64,000 nucleotides of DNA from Eledone cirrhosa (Eukaryota). The stretch's first letter is position 1. Every line of letters begins with the position of its first letter. The DNA lies in assembly GCA_964016885.1 (NCBI GenBank), contig OZ024752.1, positions 3,968,001 through 4,032,000 of the forward strand. The letters run 5' to 3'. Below, piece after piece: positions 1 to 14,709 of this stretch. The notes under the pieces are model-generated. The model was given only the letters and a program-made list of their open reading frames with translations, ran no database searches and had not been told where the DNA came from. Position numbers and translations under genes: made by a program.

Positions 1-1029
1 GAAAGTACCTGATTCGGTATTGTGCGTTCTGAGTTCAAACCCCGTCTCTGATGTGAAATCAAGGAGTTTTTACCGGCAGATAGTACCAGTAATGGAAATA
101 TAGTTTTTGAGGTTGGATCTGACGATCGGTTCCGTTTTTATATATAAGTAATGTAGATAAGGCAGCGAATTGGCAGAGTTGTTAGAACGTCGGTTAGAAT
201 TCCCTGCGGTATTCTTTTTGACTATCTGCTCTCTGAGTTCAAATCCTACCGAGGTCTACTTTGACTTTCATCTCTTCGAGGTCGTTAAGAAAGTACCAGT
301 CAAGTACTGGGATCAATTCATCCTCTATTTCTCTTTCTCACTTCTTTTCTTTTACTACCTTTTCTTCTCTAGAAGAAATCTAGTGTAATCAGACCTGGAA
401 ATGGATGGGCCTCGCCAGGTTTAAAGATGCCCTATAAACGCTATATAGCAATATAGCACCTCTACGATTCTTTAGTAAGTTTGGGCGTATTTTGATGCAT
501 TGTGTCTATATACTCTGATATGTGGATACATGTAAAAGAAAATGTGGATCATTATTTCTATCATGTTGGTTTTTCTATTTTCACTATTGTATACCTATAT
601 GGTGTTTTACCTCAAAATATTTTAACTAGTCTTCTTCCAAATGTTCATTGTGAGTTTCTTTCTAGATAGAAACTAATACATTTTATCCTTACGGGGTTGA
701 TAAAATAAAGTAACAATAAGCACTGGGGCCGATGTAATCGACTTTCCCCTCACCTTCAAATTGCTTGCCTTGTGCCTGTAGAAACTATCATTTGCTATAT
801 TCTTTTCTTATTTACCCCTTACCTTTTATAAATTACGAGGCTTTACTAAATTAGATTAGTTTGTATGCCTTTTTAACTAATACTACTGGGTGTTTAGATA
901 ATATATTTTTCTTTTTACTTTATCGTATGAATTCAATTTAATTTCTTTTATCATTTTTGCTTGCTTGAAATTGTTGCTCATATGCTGTTTGCCCATTTGT
1001 CTAACTTTTTATGATTTCTACATTGGCAA

Positions 1030-1156
1030 GCAACAATAAAATCAGCCCTTGAGTATCCCAAAAGACAGTCGCCATAATTTTACAGGCTGACGTTTGTGTC
1101 TTGAAATTTTGGTTTTTTAGACGCCATTCCATCGATTGCCTTTTTGACGCAGGATC
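1030..1156 (-). mobile_element. mariner (Tc1/mariner DD34D) transposase fragment
   Basis: Translation DPASKRQSMEWR...KFKTQTSACKIMATVFWDTQGLIL matches the mariner region downstream of the first catalytic Asp (consensus-like KRQSMEWRH...SAGKVMATVFWD). Confidence 0.8.
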
Positions 1157-1421
1157 ACCTTTATAAATATCTGTGTGTGTGTACGTATGTATATAATACA
1201 CGAAAGTACATATATTTATATATATGTATATGCATTCATGTACATGTGTGTACGTGCTTATGTAGAAACGCTCAAATGACTGTACTTTTTATGTAATTAT
1301 GAGATATATACATTATATACATGTGTGCGAGTTTGTGTGTGTGTCTGTGTGTATACATTATACTGAACCTAATAAGACTTTGTATCTTTGCACCCCTGGG
1401 TTTGTTTTGTTATTTATTTAC

Positions 1422-1481
<60 letters not shown>

Positions 1482-2816
1482 CTTTTATGCCAGTACAATC
1501 ATATAGAGATGTATAATGAACTTTATCTTCATTTTAATATTTTTCTTGATTTGTGGTATTGTTTTCATCCAGAACTTATTTTAAATGTCACCGGTTGTCT
1601 CGTAAACATTTAATTAGAAGCGCTTCTTGTTATGTATTGATTTTCTTAAATATTTTCCGCTAATATTTTATCTTTCCTGAAATTAACTTGATTATTTTGT
1701 AAGTTTTAATGTTAAATATATCATAGTCTTTGAGTTGATGTAGTAATTAATTTTTAGTCTTTCTTTTACTTTTTTTTATAAAACAGTTGGTTTAGGTCTC
1801 GACGTTTGAATATAGTGACTTTTCATTGCTTACACCAAGAAAGTTATTGTATATATCTTTTAGTGGTTCTCCTGGAATATAAATGTGTATATTCAGATGA
1901 AATTATCAGGAAAGCTTTTGAATGAAACAGTTCTGGTCCTGTTGAAGCCATTTATATATTAAACTTCATGTTTACACTCTACTAATATATTGAGTAACTT
2001 ACTTATTGTGGTTATATCCGATTGAACCTGCGACTCACACACAAACACACTTACATATACACACACACATACACGCACTCACTCACTTACCCACTCACTC
2101 TCTCACCTGTATATATATATTACTGGAGATGTAGTTAAGTTAGTGCTGGGAAAGAAGGTAGAATGTAATTAGGAGATATACTGGTGGAACTAATTTGGGG
2201 TAAAATCAGAATGGCAAAACTAAACCATATTTTCTAACATATATTTCATGATATTGTAATTTCGAACATCTTTTTCATATGATAAACGATGATAAAATAT
2301 CGGAACGTCTTTTTTTCTACGAGCTATTCATTTGTGGTGTGGTTTACCATTGGTGGAAATGTGACATACGCAGAGAGTAACAACAGCCTGTTTATAAAAA
2401 GAGTATCTCTCATCCGCAAATGACCAACGTTCCTCTCATTGGTCTTTATGGTGACCTCAGTATCTCCAGTAAGTCATTTTTCTAGGTCTATTTTGACAGT
2501 GAGAGCATTCGTGATTGCGTGTTCCTTGATTCGTTTGGGTAGCTTCCGAAGAATGCTTCAGAGTTATCAGATTTTTGCGGGTGGCCTTGTATACAAAATG
2601 CGATAACCAATATTGATGGAATTCCTAGGGAGTGTGTATATATCGTTAATATGTGTTGGGTTGTTTCTGAGGATAATGACTTTTGTAGAAGCTAATATCA
2701 TAGAGTTGCATAACATACCGATTAGGCAGAATATTGATAAGTTTATGTTGCACTTGCAACAATCGTAAAACTACAGATTAATCAACTATTCATTTTCATT
2801 ATGCACACACACACAA

Positions 2817-2879
<63 letters not shown>

Positions 2880-4729
2880 GTCACAATAAAATTAGTGACT
2901 TCTTGACAAAGGCGTTAGAGCGTCGGATGAAATAGCCTATGACATTTCTTCCGTACCTAACTTTCTTTCTTGGGGCATCTATAAAGAAGATATCTGAGTT
3001 GGGGGTTGGCGAAGACACTGATACATCGAAGAGGTTACCATGTGTTTTTGTTTTGCTTTTGTTCCAGCTCTCCGCCTTCTAGGTTCAAATGCTGCCATTA
3101 CTACTTGGTGGATGGACTTAATCTGTCACCCAATAAGTACCACCAGCTGATCATTGGATGTCTTTAGAGGGGTTAACTCTGTTGTAATAAGTTAGGCTAT
3201 GTCCAAGATTGGGAATACCTTCCTCACACCCAACGGTCTAGGAAGCTCTTGAAAATGAGTCAAGCAGTATATTCAATGATGAGCATACACTGAGTTCATT
3301 GAAACAGAAATATGATTTCCAGACTAATAATATATGTGTTGCTTTCTTACATATACAAATATAAATTTTAGAGACATGAATATACCCGATTCAAGCGACC
3401 CCAGAATATGTCGTCTATTAATTAATTCGATCCCAAAATAATTGTTTCTAATATTCTAATAATAATTGTTGCCAGTGAGATTTGATCTCAGAGCATTAAG
3501 ATATTTAACTACTGAAAGGCTTTTAGTTTACTACTCCTCAAAACTCACTATAGTCTTGCTCTCTGAAATAAAACATGATGCACTCTCACCATCAAAATCC
3601 TCGCATGTAGGAAAGATATACACAATGTGTGATTATAGTGCAATTCATTCATGTCATGGCTGTAGGATAGGAGTGTAAATCATGATAAGAGACGGGCTGG
3701 AAGGTGGTATTGAACCAACATTCTAGACTTCATTCAATAGAAGCTTATCACTACTGTACAGTACTCATTACACGAGGAATTCATTACATTTGTTTAATCA
3801 AGTCTTTCTCCAAAAGCTCTACTTTGTATTCCTATCTTTACAGACATCTTTGCTGGAAAGATTTTGGACAAGCCACTGTAATATCAATGCCGGAACTAAA
3901 CCGATACTGTGACAGTTGTCAGTAAAAGAGTTTCTCATTTCCATCGGCTATTACTTTCACCAATTTATTCCTGTCTATAAAACAAATGTTTTCCTTACAT
4001 CAGAGAATAATTAAATTATATGTAACAATAATTTCATTATCTCTAGAATGGATTCTTCTCCTGCTGAAGAGAAGCACCACCACCGATACCACTAGCATCA
4101 CCATCATAACTATTAGCACCAGCACCGCCTTCAACACACAAAATTACCAACATCAGTTTCAGCACCACCAGCACCACTAGCACCACCACCAATAACAACA
4201 GCACACACGTCACCGCAGTCACCAACACCACTAATACCATCAATACAATTATTACTATGTCTTTCCAAGCAGAAACTGATTAAATGAAATCAATTTGAGA
4301 TTGACTTCCGATTTAATGAGAAAATTCCATGACAATACTTCTGGTAATATTATATGTATTAGTATGATATAGTTATTGACCTACTCTTCCTCTCTATAGC
4401 ATTTAATCCAATATACTTTTCACAGAAAAATCTTTTTCTACTAGAACAAAATGCTAGACATATTCTCTATCTACTTGGGTGAACTGTTCAGATGTCTACA
4501 GTGAGCATAATAGCAAGCATAATTATATCATGCAAAAGAAGTCGACCGGATAGCTACTATACTATCGTTCGATCTCTCGGAGATAGCTACTATCGTTCGA
4601 TCTGCCGGAGATAGCTACCATATTTTCCATAAATCAAACGTTTATTTCTTTACCAAAACAGATAAAAACAAATAGGACATGATGCATGAAAAGACGCGTT
4701 GGTGTTAGTTTGTATCTAGAAAGTTCCCC

Positions 4730-4983
4730 TCCGAGGCACAATTCCGGGCAAGTTTGTTTGTGGAAGACCAGCAGTCGCCCATGTATAACAGACTCCTCTC
4801 TCCACGTCATGGCCGATACACCTTGGCACCAGTGACGTCGCAACTCATTTCTACAGCTGAATCAACTAGAGCAGCGTGAAATAAAGTGTCATGCTCAAGG
4901 ACACAACGTATCACCCAGTCCGAGAATCTAACTCACAACCTCCTGATTGTAAGTCCAATGATTTAACCACTAAGCTATGTACT
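4730..4983 (-). mobile_element. tRNA-derived SINE, family B (CORE-like central domain)
   Basis: The reverse complement has a tRNA-like head followed by TGTGTCCTTGAGCATGACACTTTATTTCACG...GTAGAAATGAGTTGCGACGTCACTGG, homologous to 13658-13975. Confidence 0.7.
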
Positions 4984-5217
4984 GCTCAATTAGGGCTGAT
5001 CCGGGGTTAAACAACAAAGATAATGCTCTGAAAGCATTCTTGGAATAGCAGCCAAGTTTTCCCCTACATTATAACGCTACAGTCATCTTAAAAAGGGATA
5101 ATGTATATTATAGGTGCGCAAATGTAGAAGGAAAGTGATTACCATGGTAGGAAGGGTTTTTGTATCATATGGGTATTCAGTGTGGTGTTTCCTGGAACTA
5201 AATAAAGGCATTAATAA

Positions 5218-5394
5218 TAATTGTTTCTACTTTTGGCACAAGGCCAGCAATTACTGGTACTTTATTTTATCGACTCCGTAAGGATGAAAGGCAAAGTTAA
5301 CCTTGGCAGGATTTGAACTCAGAATGGCAAGGGCCGTAACACTATGCGTTAAAGCATGGCGTCCGACCCTCTACCGATACTGCCAATCCACCGC
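5218..5394 (-). mobile_element. tRNA-derived SINE, family A
   Basis: Reverse complement of the family consensus GGCGGTGGATTGGCAGTATCGGTAG...TCTGAGTTCAAATCC...TTGCCTTTCATCCTTACGG.GTCGATAAAATAAAGTACCAG...AGTAGAAACAATTATT seen many times in the window. Confidence 0.8.
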
Positions 5395-5607
5395 ACTATA
5401 TAGTAATAATAATAAATGTGAAGACTAAAATCCAAAGAGGGATCGATAAGGATAAATATATATCAAATATATAAGAACCCTAGAGCAAGGATGTATGCTG
5501 CTTTCACCCTTAACGGGATCTTCTGAAACTAAAAAAATCAATCTGTGAACGCAGAAGTAAATATTTTGAAAAACTTTGCAACCGAAGGAAAACAGGAAGA
5601 TGATACT

Positions 5608-5654
5608 TTGGTTCCTGAAGACGTTCCCTGGCAATGAACGGAAAAAAGAACTAA
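5608..5654 (+). ncRNA. degenerate hammerhead ribozyme remnant (helix III missing)
   Basis: TTGGTTC-CTGAAGA-CGTTC..GAACG-GAAA-aaa-GAACTAA: helices I and II and the core are intact, but there is no helix III or NUH site. Confidence 0.45.
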
Positions 5655-6424
5655 GATAATACATCGTTATGTGGAGCGATGAGAATAAATATACGCAAAG
5701 ACAAACCCACGTTTATTTTATAAATGGAGTCGTAGACTAATATTCTATTTAGGAAACCGAATGATTCTCGGCTACAGAGTTAAGAATAATGTAAATAAAT
5801 CAGTAGAACGAAAATGACAGAGGTTATTAAAATCATAAAAGTAATAATAATTAAATACACACATCTATATACGTACATATATGTGCATACACGAAAATAC
5901 CCGCCATGCATGCATATACATGCACGTACATATAAACACGCGCACACGTACATAAACCCGCACGACACCTGTACCAGCACGCATACAAACATATACACCA
6001 ACTACACATAAAAATATATATGTGTGTGTGTATACATATAATTATATAAACATATATAAATATACACACATAAATAGGTATATAATGCACGCGCACACAG
6101 GTAAATACACATATGTTCACCAAACGTACGTATACCATAACTCAAAGTACACATATACACACCTTACAAACGTGCCCACACGCATACACCCACAAACACA
6201 CAATACACATATACACATAACATATACACATATAACAGTATATATAATATAATATATACACCTATAACAAATACAAGCATATATACGTACGAGAAAGTAA
6301 ACGTACTTCCAGAAAACATACGGGTAATATATACTTACCTATATAAATAAGTAATGGTATAAACATAATATAAAATAAACTTAGCTACCACAACAAGACG
6401 TAAATTATCCGCGTATTGTTCGTA

Positions 6425-7190
6425 CTATCCGTTAGGGTATAATGTGGGGCTGTAATACAGGAAAGTTTTATGCAATTTGTATTTACAAGCCGATATTGCC
6501 TCAGATGTTTTGTTTAAGATGTGATCATTGGCGTAGAGTATTTCCAGGATTTCAGCGGCGCAAAGATCGCATTGTCTTTTATTTCCGTTATACGATCTAG
6601 CTTTAGTTAGGATCTCCCAGTGCAACCTATATTGGGTGTGGTTGTCTTTTAGACTCCAGATATAAGCTGAAAGTGACGTCATATTCCTTCTTAAAGGGTT
6701 AAAGAAAGAATGGGTGCGCATGTAAAGACGCTGCTTGAATCTATTGGCGGTTAACCCTATGTAGGCCCTACGAGACGTGGGTGTTTCTACCTTACATTTG
6801 TAGACAATGTTTCTGGAGAGGCATTTCCCGGATAGAGGGCAGTCAACCCGATTCCTACAATTAAAGTTAGTACTAACTACAGGGCTGCATGTGTTCCTAC
6901 GGCTAGGTAATTTAGCTAAATTTGAAGCCGTGATGTTATGTGCAAAGTTAGGGGGTCGTAGAGTAAGATATTTTAATGGTATTTCTATTAAAAATGTTAT
7001 TATATTTATGTGCTGAAGGGAAATGCTTCTTAATAATGGAGAGAAAGATCTTAGCTAATGGTGTGGCCACCTCCATAATATATGGTGGGTTATACCATAT
7101 AATGCATCGGGATCTATTTTTCCTAGGTTTATGCTCATACTTAGTATATGCTACCTTATCGACAAATCCACTCCGAGCAAGAGTTTCGTT
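6425..7190 (-). mobile_element. Penelope-like retroelement, linker plus GIY-YIG endonuclease remnant
   Basis: Minus-strand translation IIWYNPPY...KHFP...IFNRNTIKISYS...FNCRNRVDCPLSGKCLSRNIVYKCKV...AYIGLTANRFKQR...TSLSAYIWSLKD...WEIL...CDLCAAE...LNK is typical of a PLE C-terminus. Confidence 0.9.
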
Positions 7191-7233
7191 GTAATATTTG
7201 GAATGGTCGGTGATAATGTGTGTGTGTGTGTGT

Positions 7234-7264
<31 letters not shown>

Positions 7265-8599
7265 CGTGCGTGCGCGCGTGCGTGGTGTTGATATTGATGA
7301 TGATGCTAGTCTAAGAAGTTAAGTTCTCTATCTATCAGTAATTAGATTATAGAAGATTTAATAGCTGATTGCTTTGTTGATCATGTTTGGACCTAGATCA
7401 GTCTCATTCGACTAGATTTATGAACAAATCATTAAAACTATGATCATTCTCTCATTTTACATCTCTCTACAACTATATCATTTAATCTGCTATTCATTTT
7501 TATGATGGTGGGACGGATTTTACTGCTTTTTCTAGTAGGTTAATCCTTCAGGTTTTATATATGTGATTTGTTAGATTCAAGTGAATACTTTGATCTTATA
7601 TAAGTGATTTATAAAAAAAACATTATTGCTCAAAGATGAAACAGTATGTAAACATACAATCATTTTCTTTGGTGCATCTATTTAACACCATAGTTCCTGT
7701 TCATGTGTACTTCCAAATATTATGTATTGCAGAGCTTGTAAATTCTTCAATACTAGACGTCCTGTCATCACATAGCATAAAATGATAAAGTGATTTACGA
7801 AAACATATCTATTAATGTATAAGCAATGACTATCACTTACGAAGTAGGATTGTGAGAAATAAAAATATTTTCTTTAAAATTTATAACCTTCTAGAAAGTC
7901 AAATAATAAACTGACAAATTCTAAATGAAACGTGAACATCAAACATTGAAATTTAGCATCATCACAAGAAAGCTGGGATGTGACAAACTTCTGCCAATAA
8001 ATACTTTAGAGCTTACGATGTATATTTAGTAAATGCATGAATTACTGTAAGTTTTCCATTACATATGTACCGTTCACCCGTTACATATATGCATTAAAGA
8101 GCTCATAAACATGAAAGCCTCATGTAGACAGCTGCCAGAATACAGAAGTTAGTGTCTATCAAGCCTTTGATAATGAACTTTGCTAAGTTTACAACTAAAA
8201 TCCATGAAGAATCTCATTGGCAGAGGTTTGTCGTCTGATTTGATATCATATTCCGTTCGGTGAAACGCGTGTCCTCGAGTATGGTTTTCGGCCTTTCACT
8301 GTGAATATTTATTTTTCTGTATATATACTTTACGCTTTCTAGCACATGTGGTGCAAAAAGACTAACGAAGAAAAATAACACAGACAGTAGAAATAGATTT
8401 GAAATGAAGTATTAAATATTCTACATAAAATAGAATATATGTTTATTAATATTAACCATGACTTACAGTTAATTAGTGTTTCTGTGCGCAGGCACATGTA
8501 TGTGTCTGTGTTTGTGCACGTATATTTAAATAACTATGCACGAACATTTCAAGAATGGTGAGGCACCTTCATCTCTGGAAGGGTACCAGATCTCTGGAA

Positions 8600-8893
8600 G
8601 GGCACCTAAGCTATTGCAATCGGGAGTGATAATCCCAATTTTCAAAAAGGGAGACTAGAGAGATTGGTTCAATTACAGAGGGATATCTTTGTTAAGCCTC
8701 CCCGGTCTATGCTATGTGTTTGGCAAATAGATGCAGGGAGATTGTCGAGTCCAAGCTAGCTGATGAACAATGTGAAGTGAAGGGACCCAGCTGGATCAGT
8801 TGGAGACGGCTGCTTCTGAAAGGACCCGTTGGAGGTAGTGTTTGAGGACTCTACTCTCACGACCCTCTCAGAAATAATTGGGTGAAGAAGAAG
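8600..8893 (+). mobile_element. RTE-clade LINE fragments (RT motif piece fused to 3' end with GAA tail)
   Basis: GVIIPIFKKGD*RDWFNYRGISLLSLPG, followed by a 3' end homologous to 43000-43100 ending GGGTGAAGAAGAAG. Confidence 0.75.
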
Positions 8894-11800
8894 GTATTAG
8901 ATTTCATGTCGTATTATCATTTTGTTCCTGGTCAGTGTGTTATCCAGTCATCTTTGGATTTTGGTCTTAGTATTTATTATTACAGGAATATTTCAAGAAC
9001 TGGAATTAGATTATAGGTTGTATTATTATTAGTTTGTTCCTGGTCTGGGCTGTAGATTGGCAGTATCGATAGAACGTCGGACAATATGCTATGCGGCATA
9101 TACTTACAACCCTTTATATTCTAAGTACAAATCCTGTCGAGGTTCACTTTGCCTTTCATCGTTAGTAAAGTACCAGTCAATTCCCAAATGTCATTGCCAT
9201 CTCCTTCCTCTCTCTCTCTCTCTCTCTCTCTCCCACACATTCTGTATTTATATGTCTATCTACCTCTCTATCGATATGTGTACATATAGATATATCTTTA
9301 TTTCTATTTTCCTGCGAATCGTCGTTGCCGATGGACACGGAGAAGTTCTCACAACATCCCTTTCTTCCAAGACAACCATGTTCCCTCTACCATTGTCGAA
9401 GAATGTATTCACTGGCTCAATATCAAATTATGCTACATAAAAACAAAACTCTTAGTTTTGAGGGAGATTTGACTGCTATTTCTAGCAGGCTGAACATCCA
9501 TGCAGTTGTTCATCTCTTGGTTCACTGAAATCTATAGGTGATCATTTGTTCTGTAAATTAATTTAGTATTCTAATTAGGGATTTTTGATAATTCATTTGT
9601 TTTTGTTTTTTAATTCTTTGTCTTGAAATTAATTTGATATCTTTCGTCTTTCATTCTTAATTTTTCTTTAGTGTTTCCTTTCTTTTAATGCTGTCTTTAT
9701 CTCCATTTTTGATATTCGTCATTCAAAATGGATTAATAATAATGATTATATATATATATACATATATATATTGAAAAATTCCACTTTACAAGAAGCAATA
9801 TCGTGCTTAGGATGGCATCATCTTCAACTTCAAAAACAACTCTATTGTAAGATCAATGATTTCTATACAAGTTCCAAGAATTTCCATTATTCAATAGAAT
9901 AAAATTGAATGCAAGAATGAAAAAAAAATCTTTTTTACAAGAGAGAAAAAACATAAAAACAAACGTAAAAATAAAACAATTAAAGTAACAAGCAAAGAAG
10001 AACACAGAAAATGAAAACTTTTCGATAAAGCCAAAAAACAGCAATAATTCTATGTATTGTGTTTTATTTGTGGTGGTTTCTACAATTTCGGTTTTCTCTT
10101 TATTTATATTTTTATTTTTATCTTCAATTATTTGTCTTGTTTTATTTTTTGTTAATCTCTTATCTAGACAACATATCCTTCGTTGTGTGTTGTTTTAACT
10201 TTGTTTTTTCCTTCCTTTATACTTTTGTTTGTTTGTTTATTGGTTGGTGCTTGTTATTGTGTTTTCTATTTTTTAAATCTTTATCACTTTTATTTCTCTT
10301 CTCTGTTTACATCTATGGCAACTCAATTTCTCCAATCACTTTGGTTTAACATATCACATTGCCATCTATCAAAGTTTATCTCCTGTCTATGCCAGTTCTT
10401 TTAATTCTCAAACATCAGCTAATACCCTCTTTTGAATAAATCTGCAAACTTTTTGACAACCAAAATCTTTCCTCGCTGATTTTTAAGCTTCTATAAATGT
10501 TAGATTTTTTCAGTACATATTCCATACAGATCACATGATTATCATTGCTCGCAAGCTGAAAAAATTCTGGTGTTGCGTTTATCATTGTTATTATTATTAA
10601 TATTATTGTTATTATCGTCTATATCAACGATACTAAGTTCATCAATTACCTCGCTTGAAGAAAACCAAATTATTAACAAGAAATGAAATTATTAAGATGT
10701 AAAATAATATGCGCTTGTTCAATTCCAGTGAACAGCGAAAGACTAAAGATGTGTGTGGTGTAAAATTTCGACAGCTATTAAAAATGATTTTCGCAAACGT
10801 CAGCTTAATGTTGCTGTGATGGAATGTCATCAGAAATCAGGCTCAAATTTTATGAGTAAAAATATAACAGTCAGGAAGAGACGTTGCTGTTTTTATATCT
10901 TCAATTTCTCTGTTGATATGGACTGGATATATATTCAAATAGTGTTACTCATAACTATTTTAGTCTTACTCATATCCATTTTATTTCTTGCAAAAATACA
11001 TGTGTAAAATTTTTAAATGCTTAAACCTAGAATAGCTTTTAAGGCCTGCTGCTTAGATCCAGTTCCATGAGACCAAATCGTTAGGAAATACACTAACACC
11101 TCTGTTAAAGATGCTAGTGTATCACAGATAGCTTTCTGCGAAGAATTATTGTTAACATACTGACACTTTTGCGAAAGACATGTGTCAATATATAACGATC
11201 TTTATATAATGTAAAGTAACAGTCAAGAAAATTAGCCGATTTAATTAAATGTTGATCTGTGCTAACATGCAGTGAGCTAGGATGGTAGAGTAGTACCTGA
11301 ATTGTCATGAATAGCTGGGCTGCAGTTTACAGTGGTGTGTCAAAAATATTACACTGGCGAACAAAACATTCTTCTGTTATTCTTGGCCCTAGGGTCACCT
11401 CCCTGCAACAACGGCACGGAGTTGGCTACCCGCAGGGGTGAGCCTCGCGAGTTGGAATGGCACTTTTAACGTCTCTCTTTTGGGGGAAAACGCCTTTTCT
11501 ATTCTAACGGCCAGTGTGTGGGTCCTAATTTACTTTTAATAGTGAGAAACAGGGGAGAATGAGAGAGATGGGGAGAGTGAGTAAAAGAGAGAGAAGATCA
11601 ACACGTATTTACTTATATATTTGTATTTACCTGTAATTAGAGAACCACAATACACACCACCAAACATTATACTCTTGTCTCGGAATTTAGATATGCCATT
11701 ACTAATTACTGCCTTCTAACACGTGTTACCTGATTTATTCAGTTATTTTTTTATAGCTATCATCTATTAATATAGTTATCTGCATTTTGGTGACTGTGTT

Positions 11801-12183
11801 ATCAATAATTCAATGCTTCATAAAACAGCGATTTATAAATTGAATTAGTTTACTACAAGTCTATTAAGAAGACATATAAGCCGCCTGAACGAACGAAATG
11901 GCTATCAGCCCTCATGGGATTCGATCCCAACACCTCCTGTGTGCCGGACATGAGTATATCTAGGGATCTGTATGTGAGTACATGCACACCAGAGATATGT
12001 ATGTGTAAGTCGCTATCTGTCTTGTCTTTCATGTCCGAACTTTAGCCGCCGCCCCCCCCCCCCTGCTTGCAGGTGGAGGGCGGCTAAATATGACACTACT
12101 GATTGCGACAATAGTAGCAACTTATCTTTATGAATGTTCTCTTGAATAGGAATTTATTTATTTATGTGTTTAAACTTTGCCAA

Positions 12184-12235
12184 TGCTCGGAGGATTCCAA
12201 ACAACTGTTTGGAAGAAACCATTGTCAGCAATAAA
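12184..12235 (+). ncRNA. minimal type-I hammerhead ribozyme (U4G-mutated core) in PLE-like terminal repeat
   Basis: TGCT-CGGAGGA-TTCCAAACA.ac.TGTTTGGAA-GAAA-C.catt.G-TC-AGCA, immediately followed by AATAAA and then a TA-rich microsatellite. Confidence 0.65.
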
Positions 12236-12269
12236 ATGTATTAAACATAGATTTGATTGTTTTGTAATT

Positions 12270-12342
12270 TATATACATACATATATATATATACATATAT
12301 ACATATATATATATATACATATATAAATATACATATACATAT

Positions 12343-12401
<59 letters not shown>

Positions 12402-12509
12402 TAAATATATAAATAGATATACATAAATATATAAATACATATATACATATACACATATATATATATATATATATATATAAACATATATATATATATATAC
12501 ATATATACG

Positions 12510-12542
<33 letters not shown>

Positions 12543-13170
12543 ACATATATATACACATATATATTTACACACATATATATATATATACACATATATATAC
12601 ACACATATACATATATATATACACACACACATATATGTCTACATATATATAACCATAGCCATATATATACAAACATATATATGTATATATCTATAGACAT
12701 ATAAATATATATACTCATATATACGTATGCGTTGTATATATATATATATATATATTACATATGCGTACTTAATGTATATGCGCACACACACACACACATG
12801 CATACAACACGCGGTTAATGTATATATATATGTATATATATATATATATAATAGTAATAATAATAAATTTGAATATATATGTATATATATATATGTATGT
12901 GTATATATATATATATACATACATGTGAATTCACATTTATGAAGAGTGTGTGTGTGTGTGTATGTAGGTGTATGCATGCGTGTATATCTGGAAGATGTGG
13001 CAGAAAATTACATAGGTTAATTAGATCCAGGAATACAAGGCTATAATCAAAGTTTTCTCTGTTCATTCCATAGCTTATATGTGTGCGTGGGTGAGTGTGC
13101 ATATGTGTGTGTATATGCGTATGTTTGTATGTGTGTGTGTGTGTTTGTGAGTGTGTGTGTGTGTGTGTGC
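12270..13170. repeat. compound (TA)n/(CA)n microsatellite
   Basis: Direct reading; source of the spurious YIYI/CVCV ORFs. Confidence 0.95.
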
Positions 13171-13605
13171 AGCGCGAGACCTTTTTTTCTTCGGAGGAGG
13201 GGTCTTGGAAATATACGCAAAACAATAGAGAAACGAGAACACAATTAAAATATATAAAGAAAATTGGAATTACATTCAATTCTCAGTTTTTAGTCTACTC
13301 AACCACCATTGATTTTATTCAACTAGCGCCAACGTTGCCACCATAAAAAACACAACTACGAAAACGACAACAATTATCATCAACACTACAACCTGTACTA
13401 GCATCATCTCCTTCACCACTACCTTACCACAACACTGCTGACAACCACTACAACCCCTACTAATGACAAAACAATGAAACTGAAATAAATAACATTCCTT
13501 ACTATTAATATTCTTTAAATCAATTAATATGGATAGACCGCACTTATGAGGTCGTTATGTTACAACCACACCTCTGTATATGTATGTCTGTGTAAATTAT
13601 GTACC

Positions 13606-13655
<50 letters not shown>

Positions 13656-13657
13656 AA

Positions 13658-13973
13658 GGCGCATTGCTTAGTGGTTAGAGCATTGCAATCTGAAGGTTGT
13701 GAGTTCGATTCCCGTTCGGGTGATGCGTTGTGTCCTTGAGCAAGACATTTTATTTCACGTTGCTCTAGTTTACTCAGTTGTAGAAATGAGTTGCGACGTC
13801 ACTGGTGTCAAGCTGTTTCGGCCTTTCCCTTGGATATCATCCCTACGGACATCATCAGTGGCGTGAAGAGAGCTGGTATGAATGGGTGACTGCTGGTCCT
13901 CCACAAACAACCTTGCCTGGACTCGAAGTGAAATTTCTATGTGCAAATCGCATGATCATTCGTGACGGCTTTA

Positions 13974-13975
<2 letters not shown>
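13658..13975 (+). mobile_element. tRNA-derived SINE, family B (CORE-like), near full length
   Basis: A-box-like GCTTAGTGGTTAGAG, B-box GAGTTCGATTCC, then TGTGTCCTTGAGCAAGACATTTTATTTCACGTTGCTC; lies between (GT)n and (TA)n. Confidence 0.8.
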
Positions 13976-14039
<64 letters not shown>

Positions 14040-14305
14040 TAAAACATGTCTATAGAATCACCAGATAAAATATATACAATTTCCTCTCCCAATTAGCATA
14101 ATTAACTATATAAAAAATCGAATAGACCAGGCTATAAGAATAAGGCTTCTATGAAGAAATATCCAACAAATAACCGAAACTAGCCCTTCGCGTCGGCCGC
14201 GACGGAATATTTATCGAAAATTTTGACAGCGTAATCGCCCAGATACAGTCAATTAAACAGAATTAGGTGTAAAATAAACTAAGAGAAAATAGAATACATT
14301 TATTT

Positions 14306-14381
14306 ACCTCTACCATGGTTTCGTCCGCATTTTGAGATTTCCAATAACTTTGGAACTCGAGCACCGGACTCTTCAGGAGAT
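14306..14381 (-). ncRNA. type-I hammerhead ribozyme, canonical core
   Basis: Minus strand ATCTC-CTGAAGA-GTCCG...CGGAC-GAAA-C.CATG.G-TA-GAGGT, with palindromic helix III (CCATGG), GUA cleavage triplet and AATAAA just downstream. Confidence 0.8.
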
Positions 14382-14582
14382 TGCTCTGATCCAGACATTA
14401 AATTTTCCAAAGTGATCGCGCCAAGAATTCATTCAAAAATGGCTAAGAATCGTGACGTAGCAGTGGTCAGGTTGGAAGGAGTGTGGTAGTTGCTTACGGC
14501 TGGTGGCTTTTTGCTAGAAAGCACAGCACAATACAGCCAAATTTGTATCTCAACCTACAAGAGGAGATTATTACATATAAAG

Positions 14583-14644
<62 letters not shown>

Positions 14645-14709
14645 AAATAGTAAATTTTTTCAGTTTAATATCAAAACATTTATTTATAAAGTGGGTATTT
14701 CCCCATTTA

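Noticed and set aside
2440-2640. Possible GIY-YIG remnant on the minus strand (RKLPKRIKEH)
   Set aside because: Only one short motif amid stops; too degraded to call. The same applies to SSFGKHIL near 37490.
8230-8280. Hammerhead-like CTGATTTGA...GAAACGCGTGTC
   Set aside because: The core has extra bases and helices I and II do not pair convincingly. Similarly weak candidates near 1915, 46345, 63440 and 63845 were not counted.
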